DNA of 64,000 bases from positions 61,566,001 through 61,630,000 of the forward strand of contig OX597824.1 in the NCBI GenBank assembly GCA_951406725.2, written 5' to 3'. A program made the position numbers and the translations under genes. The stretch is from Octopus vulgaris (lineage: Eukaryota). A model generated the notes under the pieces. The model was not told the origin of the DNA and did no database searches. It saw only the letters and a list, made by a program, of their open reading frames with translations. Every line of letters starts with the position of its first letter. The stretch's first letter is position 1. Below are positions 53,026 to 64,000 of this stretch, in pieces.

Positions 53026-54963
53026 CAGAAAGAAGAAGAAGAAGAAGAAGAAGAAGAAGAAGAAGAAGAAGAAGAAGAAGAAGAAGAAGAAGAAGAAGAA
53101 GAAGAAGAAGAAGAAGAAGAATTACATAAAACACATTTTCCAGCTAATTTAAAATATTTGTATGCGTATACCTAAATTTATCCGATTAAAGTAATATTAT
53201 TATAAAAAACTTGTTTTCAAAGAAGAAACAAGCGGGGTATACTATTATTGTAAAGTTTTCAGCATTGTTACTCAATACAAAACACAGAGGGGAATTCTTG
53301 GCAGAGTTACATAGAATCGTTTAGAAAGTCAAAGTAGTTTTGGTTTTATTTTATGGTGAATTTTAACAATGACCTTGACAGAATCAAATACGATATTACT
53401 TTTGTTATATAGTTGTAGTTGGCAAAATAAAGCTACTAAAGATATTGTTTGCTGATTTCATTATATTAACTGTTAAGGGAGCAGTCATGAATTATAGAAT
53501 GTTACCTCTGCCTACCGTCGCGAACTGAACACATCTTAATTTAAACGAAACGTAAATATATCTATGTAATACCACAAGTATTTGGTTTTAGTCGGTGAGC
53601 TATTCCTACAGCTTACCATTAGTTAAGTTGACATAATAAAAATGCCATTTATCTACACAAGTTACAAGAAATTCCACCAAATTAGATTTCTTTCGAAATA
53701 GAAAGCCAAGTCTGACATATATACCACATAAGTAATTTCGTTCTATTTGTCTCAGAAAATTAAATGCGAAAATGTCTTTGTTTTAAGATAATTTGAATTA
53801 CACTGTATTGGTTATGGCTAATTGTAGAAAGAAAGACATAAAGTATTAAAGATATATTCTTTAATACTTATTGCTTGAAGTAGGGAGATCTTTAGAAAGG
53901 CAGATAAAGTCTTGAAACATTTAATATATTTAATGACTATGTGAGCAGAAATTTTTCGTTGAAAGTAATGTGTCAATTGTTATTAAAAATTGAAATATTC
54001 GGTGAAGCAAAAACGAAAGCAAAAACAATATTTTTATGAATTAGTTGTATAAAGAGATGGTTAAGTTGTGTTGTCAAATCAACCGGATATCTGTTAGGTT
54101 GTGCAAAGACAAGAAATATATTGTAAAGTCTTAACAAATTATATAGCGCACTTAGTAGATTGTTTGACAGAATTAATTATCTATATTCCTAGCGAACTCT
54201 ATAGCCTGTACGGTAGACTGGAAAAAGTTTTTTCCAGGATAAACGTAAAAGATAGAGTTCTTCTTTTCTCACGGTAGATGATGTATTTTGATTTCCTCAG
54301 AGCTGGGAGAATGTAATTACATCACTAATACCTCATGATGCAGTAAACGAAATAGATTTTTTTAAAAATGGGCTAAGCGATGATACTTTCTGCAAGCAAG
54401 TACAATGGCTTCCGTCCAAGGATTATCAACATTTTATAAAATTTACATACCATAAAGATTAAAAGAATATGCCGCTTACAGTAATTTGTAATTAATTTTG
54501 ATTATCAAGATTAACCGTAATTATTTGTAATAATCATTTACAGTATAGCAACTTCATTGCAAGTGGTATATTACTGTGAGTACTTGGTAAATTTCGAACA
54601 ATATTAGTCAGATTTCCTCAGTCAAGAATAACATCCTAAATTATTTCCTTAAAAGAAACTGAGCCTCTACAAAATATATTAATGCCTACACGAATATACT
54701 TACATCAATACTGGCTGATTCATTCATGCCTGAGTCGGCAACTTCGTAGAAAATTCTGGGCTGTTATTTAAAGGTAAACTAATTCAACTTAGTGCTACAT
54801 CAGGTTTTTAATGAATCGGTTGTGTACCCGTCTGGAATCTCACAACATTTACTCCTATCCACACGCCTTAACTAGTTGTATGAATCAACAAATATCTTTT
54901 ACACGTCTTGATTGATATGCCCTGTACCACTGATTCAATATTAATTCATTGAATGTGCATATA

Positions 54964-55368
54964 GGCGCAAGCATGGCTGTGTGGTAAGAAGGTTGCTTCC
55001 TAACCACATGGTTCCGGGTCTAGTCCTACTGCATGACACCTTAGGTAAGTATCGTCTACTGTACCCTCAGACCGACCAAAGCCTTGTGAGTGGATTTGGT
55101 AGAAAGAAACTGGAAGAAGCTCGTCGTATATATATTTAGATATGTATGTGTGTGTATATATGTGCGTGTGTTTGTGTGTGTGTTTGTAGGTGTGTTCCCC
55201 ACGCCATCGCTTGACAATTGATGCTGGTGTGTTTATGTCCCCATTACTTAGCGATTCGGGAAAAGAGACCGATAGAATAAGTACTAGGCTTATAAAAAAT
55301 AAGTCTTTAAGGTGGTGCTCTAGAATGGCCGCAGTCAAATGACTGAAACAAGTAAAGGAATAAAATAA
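54964..55368 (+). mobile_element. SINE family A
   Basis: GGCGCAAGCATGGCTGTGTGGTAAG...GACTGAAACAAGTAAA. Confidence 0.88.
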
Positions 55369-56131
55369 TATGTGAATACAGTGCTGGGGTATAGAATATT
55401 TGAAGAGTCAACCGAATGCGTGGAGTTTTGGCTACAGACGTAACCTAACGGCCCACCTGAAATGAGAAAATGTAGAAACAAAAGATAGAACTAACACCCA
55501 CACAACTGCTGATGTAACAAACGAAAAATTAGCAAGTTTAACCATTTTCACCTACATTGGTTGTTGAATAGCACCAAGTAATCTCAAATCTAGTAGACTT
55601 ATGATCACCGGCTATAACTATGCAGCACTTCTTAGCATTACATTATCCGATGGTAAGGTGTGATTTAATTTGAGTATGAAAGAAGACAAAATATAATTTA
55701 GCTGGCTGGTTAATATTCCTTCGATTCATCAATTTTGGACTTACTCTTTCCAGCGTCTGTGACGGCAAGTATTTTTGCATGTATGCTTATTTAAAGGTAC
55801 TTGAAATAAGGGAAATAATGATATAATTACATTTATCTATTTGTGTTGCAAGATTCCTGGTGTGAAATCATGTGCTGAAACAGATATTGTTGTATTTCAG
55901 TATTTTTTTTGTCAAATCAACACTGGCACTTACTATTTGTTCCTTACTCGTTTATTACTACTCTTATTTCATCTCATGTCCCTTGTCCGGAAATCTTTCG
56001 TCGCAAATCTGTCACTTCTTCAGCAACACTTTTCATTTCCGTGTGTGCTTTTGCTCCACTTACTCCATTCTGCTCTTCAATGATGTGTATCCTTATGTGC
56101 GCACGCATCTGCCTCCGTGTTTGTGTATTTG

Positions 56132-56183
<52 letters not shown>

Positions 56184-57021
56184 TATGCTTGTGTGTGTGT
56201 CATTGTTCTTAGTAGCAGTATGGTCTTCCGCTCAGCTCTGTTCTCTCACCCGATTGTCGCTGCTGCTGCCCTAGGACCCGAAAGCTTGGTACAATTCCTG
56301 TATCTTTCTGTGTTTGTGTGTGCATCCACGGTGTTGCTGTCGTGGAATTTATTGTTGTTGTTGCTATTTATTGTTGTTTTTGTTATCACCACTGATGCTG
56401 TTATTACTAGTCATGTTGTTGATATTGTTGCAGCCGTCTGTGAAGTTATTGTGTATAAAGGTTAGCTTCTTATGTTGTTTGTATATATGCCCTTTATTTA
56501 TTTACTTATTTATTTATTTATTTATTTATCTATCTGATATAATTATTGATGTATTATTTGAGCATGCATGTGTTTTATAAAATATTGCATGTAAAACGCC
56601 AGAGGGATAAAGGGAATGAGAAAATGGAGTGTTGTCTGTGTCATAATGATTATATCAGATGTAAAGTTGAGAATTAGAAAATTTTTAAAGATGATTTCTC
56701 AATATAGACATAGAAACTAGAAATATCTAGGAGAAACAAAGAGAGAAAGAGGGAGAAAGACAGGGGACTAGGAAAATTTCTAAGAAGATATAAACACAAG
56801 GGAACTATTGAAAATGGTAGGAAGCTAAAGAGTTAGAGACGAGGAATTGAAGGGCATAAAAAGAAAAGACATAGAGATAACTGAAAAAGAGAATACGACA
56901 ACAGCGGAAAAGAATGGGCACAGGGCAAAAGAAAATAATGTGGAGATAAAAAGAGAAAGTCAACGTTAAATGCAATCAGAGAATAATAGTATGTGGATGT
57001 TAAAGAAAATTAAATATATGT

Positions 57022-57117
<96 letters not shown>

Positions 57118-57345
57118 ACGTTTCTGAGTTTCTGCGTGTGTATATTTATGAATGTGAGTATGTTTGCCGCCGGCACACATCTTTGCCTCTATACATTCAG
57201 TGAAACTCTACAATAGCGTCGAACAGTTATCGACAGCTATTTGCAGCAAACATTGCTACCTTGTTGCGCCACTATTTCCTATTTAAAATTCAGCCTTTGC
57301 GATGCTTATCGCAGGAAAACATAACTATTGTAATGTAATAATACT

Positions 57346-57408
<63 letters not shown>

Positions 57409-57497
57409 ATGCATGTATGTATGTATGTATGTATGTATGTATATATGTATATATATATACACATACATACATACATGCATATATATATATACATACA

Positions 57498-57532
<35 letters not shown>

Positions 57533-57533
57533 C

Positions 57534-57568
<35 letters not shown>

Positions 57569-58351
57569 CATGGCATCCAACAACATCAGAGACTTGGGAG
57601 CAATTGTGGACAACAGCAAAAGCTGGGCCACTCATATAAACACCAAAGTTGACATGACCCGCAGAATGTGTTCCTGGATTCTCAGAACTTTCCAGTCAAT
57701 AGATATCCACACCCTTATCCTTCTTTTCTCCACTTTTGCCCGACCCCACCTTGAATACTCTTGTCCACTGTGGTCTCCCCACACAAAACAAAGTATCATA
57801 AAAGTTGAATCACCCCAAAGGTCAATCAAAAAAAGATAGATGGCATGACAAGCCTCGACTATTGGGGTCAACTAGAAAAACTAAAACTTTATTCTCTCCA
57901 ACGTCGCCGTGAGCGCTACATCATCTGCATGATGTGGAAAATATTCCATCAGCATTGCCCAAATGATGTTGGTATCACCTTTAAGGTACATCCAAGGCTT
58001 GGGCCCCGTGCCATCCGCCCACAACAAAAATTCTACTCTTATCTCATAACAACAATACGGCACAATTATTTCACCTCAATTGGCCCCGCTCTCTTTAACA
58101 TTACACCAAAACACATTAAAACAGAAACAGACCCTATAGGGTTCAAGAAGTCTTTGGACAGATTCCTTCAAGAAATCCCGGATAAACCTCCTACACCCGG
58201 ATATGTCTCTGTAAACAATAACTCTCTACTTGAGTGGGCCATAATGCCCAAATTCCGACTTGAAAGACTTCACCAGGTGGTGGTGCTATTAATTTAAACA
58301 TGGGCTGGGCCAATAATGGCCGACACCTATCAAAGTATCAAAGTATCAAAG
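57569..58351 (+). mobile_element. 5'-truncated CR1-group LINE (end of ORF2, 3' UTR, tandem tail) inserted in (TA)n
   Basis: [49 protein letters not shown]; one frameshift near 57835; tail (TATCAAAG)x3 at 58328-58351. Confidence 0.88.
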
Positions 58352-58353
58352 TA

Positions 58354-58801
58354 TACATATATATATATATATATATAAGAAAGATGTGTGCGTATTCACT
58401 TTTCACTCGAAAACGGCATCACCAAGTGCTTCCATACTTGAATAATTTGACTTCGGACAAATAATAGGCTGTTCATTTGATTTTTTTTATCAAAAGGAAA
58501 AAAAATATTGCTTTTTATATTATATTCACATCTTTTACATATTTACTTTTGACATATTTTCTTCCTGTTTTCTAGCGTTAATGACGTAACATATCTCTTT
58601 ATGTATATCTCTCTATCCATCTTTCTTTATGTACCTATCTCTCTGTAACATATTTTTCTATCTATACCTCTCCCTCAATATCTTTGTATCCATCTCTCTC
58701 TCTCTATCTATCTGTCTGTAACATATCTCTCTATCTTTATCTATATCTACATCTATCTCTCTATCTCTATATCTATATCTTTGTATCTATCTGTCTATAT
58801 C

Positions 58802-58895
<94 letters not shown>

Positions 58896-61291
58896 CTTAT
58901 TTGTGTATCTTAATAGCTCTCTCTCTCCTTCTCTCTCTTTCTCTCCCTACATCTATATGTCTCATTCACTCTCTATTGATTTTGCTTTCATTTTTCAGAC
59001 GCTATTCTTTTCACTTTCAATTTTCAGACGCCATTGTTTACCATCAATCGTTATTGTTTCCAGTACAAGTTTAAGTTTTCAATCGCTATTTACAAACAAC
59101 GGCAAATTACTGACAGAAAGAAATTCACAATCACTGATGTAAGTAATTTTATAATCTACGGACAGAAGCATCTTCGTAAGTTTTACCTCAATCCGTACGG
59201 TTTTATGTTTTTCTGTTGACGGATTTTTCCCCTGATTCCTTAGATACTGGCTCTTTGCTTCACTGAGTGATAAATTTCGCTTTCGTTAAAATTTCTTATT
59301 TATTTTCTACCTCTCGTATTAAGAAACATAATTTCCGTTACCCAGTTATTTTCATTGTTTCCTATCTTCTGCACTCGTGTACTTCTGTAAATGTATATAA
59401 TCATGCCTAGAAGGAAAGTGTCAACATTTTTATATAATTTCAAGGTCAGCCAAAAGAATGTCCCTGTCCGGGAAGAGAGATTGTTTCAAAAAGAGAAGCA
59501 CGGCAAGAAACGAACAGACTGTACACTACAAAAGTCAGAGCATCTCAAGTGATGTACAGAAGTATACACGACTAACAAGGAATAGCATCTCCACTGCGAA
59601 ACGAAGAGCAGTTGCAACAGCTCAGAGAGGCAACTTCTATGAAGCAGCTTTCAATTATGATCGAGTAGTTCATTACGCAGATGACACTAGAGTTTCCATT
59701 GGTGCAATGAGAACTGAGTGCATACATTGTAAAGCAAGGAAGCAGTGGTTGAAAGGTTAAACTTCCTGCAATCCCCCAATCTCAAGAGCAATTGATGTGA
59801 CTGTTATCATCAACTTACCAAAATTCCAAGCACTTCCAAAACAAAATTAGACGGTGCAATGTTGCACGACAGATGACATCATTTGGAACCACAAGAGATA
59901 TAACTTAGCAAGGATTCATGCAAACGTTTAAGGTCCAAGGTCAGATTTATCATCGGATTGGCTCTCTACCACCTCTGTCAAATAAATCACCACAATTCCT
60001 TCAAATATATTTTATGGGTGATTCTCAACAAGAAAGGCAAGAGAGGTGCAAGAGCATTTCTGGCATAAGGATAAACATTGTAGTGTCTCTGCAAAATATG
60101 CTGCATAACAACAACAACCATATCAAAAGCTTCAAGACTGCACTTGAAACAATTCCACCTGACTCCATTGATTACAAGGTAGTTATCACATCAGACAAGA
60201 AACTACTTGGTCAGAATGACACGGAGGAAGGTTTAATGTGCCTATAGCAAATGAAATAGCTGTGCTTCTGGTTGGGTAAGAACATGACAAGTGTGACATT
60301 GTCTTCATCTCAGAGACAGCATACTGACAGGCACAGTCCAACTACAAATGGGAGCTCCCAGAAATACCATACTCACAGTATTCTTCAAGCTCTGTCATGA
60401 TGATTAATTTGCTACAAGACAGCTATACAAAGAAATTCCACAATTCTATACCTGGTACCAAATCAAATGGAAAAGACGTGCGCTTGGAGCACCCACATAT
60501 CATCCGGGAATCAAGAAATCAGACACACTTCGCAGAGTCTATGTAGTACTTCCTAACTACTCACAGTGCTACTATCTAAGTCTTCTATTACACCATGTCA
60601 ATGGGCCCACATCATTTACGGCCTTACGTACGGTTTACAACACAGTATGTCAAACATATGTCGAGGCTTGCCATCCCAGAAGTCTTCTGAAAGATGATCC
60701 ACACTGGGTTGCCACTCTGACAGAAGCATAAATGTGCAAGTCTCCTATGCAGCTTAGAAAACTCTTTTCCATCATGCTGGTAAACTATTGATTGTCAACC
60801 TCCCATGTGGCAATATGACTGCCTCCCTTGAAGAGCTGAAAAGCAAGGTGTTTCCAAACACTGTTACAAACTATAAAATGCATAAGTTGCTATGTAAAAG
60901 AACAATTCTGGCACCAAAACTGATGCTGTAGACAAGCTGAATCGAAATTTATTGTTTCAGCTTCCAGGACCTGAATGTTCATACAGATTAATTGACTCTG
61001 TTCCGGATCAAGAACACGCAACGCATTAGCTAGTGGCGTTCCGCAATTCACTTCAGCCATCAGGATTTCCAGCACACATTCTGATCATGAAAACAGGTGC
61101 TCCAACTTTATATACATATATGAGTTGAAAATTTTATTTTCACATTTCATTTTATATCCACGTTCGATGCTGGCATGGGTTGCAGAGTTAAGTAGAAAAT
61201 TGGTATCGCAGCTACTAGTACGTGAGACCTGCGTAATCTAGACAGAATTTTAAAATTCCATTATTTTATTTAACCCGGGTATTTCTGCTAG
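58354..61291 (+). mobile_element. Internally deleted Helitron with RepHel fragments
   Basis: 3' CTAG|T at 61288-61292 after a partial hairpin (ACCCGGGT); 5' end lost in a TA run; RepHel motifs inside. Confidence 0.85.
59403..61105 (+). pseudogene. Helitron Rep/PIF1-helicase pseudogene (several disjoint pieces)
   Basis: AAFNYD...IGAM..EC.HCKA; TFKVQGQIYHRIGSL..PQFLQIYF; YYL.LLLHHVNGPTSF.ALRTV; QLRKLF; R.ILAPK; GFPAH.L.MK.GAP. Confidence 0.88.
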
Positions 61292-61293
61292 TG

Positions 61294-61370
<77 letters not shown>

Positions 61371-61462
61371 ATATATACAATAATAAAAGGGTAAAATTAA
61401 TTAATAATTAGTAATTTTACCAAGTAGCTCGGTACGTTAGAATAACATTTTTAGATAAAATT

Positions 61463-61711
<249 letters not shown>

Positions 61712-61714
61712 TTC

Positions 61715-61892
61715 TGTGTGTGTATTTGTGTTGTGCTTGCCCCCCCCCAATCATCGCTTGACAACCAATGTTTACGTCTTCCATATCGATAGAATAAGTA
61801 CTAGGCTTACAACGAATAAGCACTGGGGTCGATTTCTGCAACTTAAACTCATTAAAGGCTGTGCCGCAAGCAAATGGCTGAGTCTAGTAACA
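61715..61892 (+). mobile_element. SINE family A, 3' half
   Basis: CATCGCTTGACAACC...GATAGAATAAGTACTAGGCTTACAA. Confidence 0.75.
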
Positions 61893-61895
61893 GTG

Positions 61896-61950
<55 letters not shown>

Positions 61951-62063
61951 TTAGAGATAAAACCACCATTAGGCAAATCATGCAATGAAAAACTTAAGCC
62001 AATACATAAGACTAATTAATTTATATTTAAATATATATCAGAATTATCAAAAGATAATTAATA

Positions 62064-62134
62064 TAACACTACGATCGTTTCATGGCTGTTCAGTTCTTAA
62101 AATTTTGGAGTTATAGTCATTCTTCAGGTGGTTT
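62064..62134 (-). ncRNA. Type-I hammerhead motif with a palindromic stem III, inside a ~215-bp insert in (TA)n
   Basis: Minus strand AACCAC-CUGAAGA-AUGACU...AGCCAU-GAAACGAUCGUA-GUGUUA; stem II has one A-C mismatch; ACGAUCGU is a palindrome; GUA site. Confidence 0.6.
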
Positions 62135-62233
62135 AAATATTTAACTTGGCGAGTTTTAATCATATATATAAACACATACATATTTTATTAATATTCAGCA
62201 GAGTGACTCGATGTGCGAGAGCTTCGTGCGTTG

Positions 62234-62313
<80 letters not shown>

Positions 62314-62353
62314 TCATATATATATATATATTCATATATATATATATATATGA

Positions 62354-62386
<33 letters not shown>

Positions 62387-62389
62387 ATA

Positions 62390-62840
<451 letters not shown>

Positions 62841-62861
62841 TGCAGAATAGATTGAAATGTT

Positions 62862-63165
62862 CATTGATATACGGTTTCAAATTTTGTCAGAACGCCACCA
62901 ATTTTGGAGAAGAGGATAAGTCGATTACATCGACTCTGCTCTCAACTAGTACTTAAGTCGACCTGAAGGGAATTTCACTTTAAGAGGAACGAAATACATC
63001 CGACCATTTTCCCGGCCTGTTAAAGATGCTGCCAGTGCGCCGCCTTTAAATGTTTATCGATATTAATAGTAGTTATAAGTAAGTACCTGTTGAGCACTGG
63101 AGTCGAAGCAATGGACTTCCCATCCCTCTGAAATTGCTGGCCGTGTGCTAAAATTTGAAACCAAT
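62862..63165. mobile_element. Two decayed SINE family B fragments in opposite orientation
   Basis: 62862-63047 minus (AAGTCGATTACATCGAC...TGCCAG..CGCCGCC); 63075-63165 plus (AAGTACC.GTTGAGCACTGG.GTCGA...GGCCGTGTGC). Confidence 0.6.
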
Positions 63166-63878
63166 ATTAATATCATTTTTATTGCGGACTTTTCCGTTCG
63201 AATTTCAAATCTCGCTAACCCGCCTCCTGTTTTTCTTCATTCACATGAAGTCGAAAAATATCATTTACCAGATATAATCGACAGCACCCTTCTCCTTTAT
63301 TTTCAGCCTCTTTTTGAAATCAAACACAAGGTAGTTGAAAAAAAAATGGAATTTTTTTTTTGTAATTTTTTTGTCGAGTATGCAGAATATAAATAATATT
63401 TGAAAGAATTAAATATAATACCGTACGAAAGTCTAATTCTACAGCAAAATATCATGTGTAGGTTGCTGTTTTGTATGCTATGGAATTATTGGAAGAAAAA
63501 CTATTTTCTGCGGTGTAGGTGTTCTAAAGTCAGCAAATATAACCGAACGAATAACGACGTCGACGTAAACAACAAACATCACAATATCCAAAGAAGAGTT
63601 CTTAATTAAAGAGTGCTAGCATGAAGTCTTAACAGTCTACCTCCAAGTATTGGTTCCGGAGAATAACGTATGTTTATTTATTACGAATTTCTGTCTCCGC
63701 TATTGAAATTGACGTTGGAAAATAAGTAGGCTTGGTGCTGCATAGTACAATATATTGATAATTGATAAAACCTACACAAACACGCAGATTTGCACACATG
63801 CATACATGTATAGGTAGACAGGTAGATTGATAGATATACATATATGTGTGTGTAAGTGTGTGTATATACATTTATATA

Positions 63879-63924
<46 letters not shown>

Positions 63925-63943
63925 CGTATAATATATATATATG

Positions 63944-63974
<31 letters not shown>

Positions 63975-64000
63975 ATAAGCACTTACATATACATGCGTAT

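Noticed and set aside
55985-56030. Minus-strand CUGAAGA...GAAAG (relative at 18095-18140)
   Set aside because: Stem II is poorly paired and there is no NUH site with a matching stem I; at best a dead relic.

Overview
AT-rich eukaryotic DNA, dense in microsatellites and made up almost entirely of transposon remnants. The SINE families look like those of octopod cephalopods (my recognition, not a search result). I can support no host protein-coding exon, tRNA/rRNA gene or CRISPR array, and most short ORFs in the track are microsatellite translation artefacts. Recognisable decayed elements: four R4/Dong-type RLE LINE pieces, mostly beside (TAA)n; two Tx1/L1-like LINE pieces; an RTE 3' end; a CR1-group 3' end; a full-length dead mariner and three mariner MITEs; an internally deleted Helitron and two non-autonomous Helitrons; and many tRNA-derived SINEs of three families. 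The most interesting signal is non-coding. At least four unrelated short repeat families in or beside (TA)n tracts carry type-I hammerhead ribozyme folds (3930-4008, 6500-6548 and 6737-6785, 25999-26109 and 40211-40263, 62064-62134). Several are arranged as terminal direct repeats or foldbacks, which fits Penelope-like pseudo-LTR remnants or retrozyme-like non-autonomous elements. All folds were made by eye and ribozyme activity is untested.
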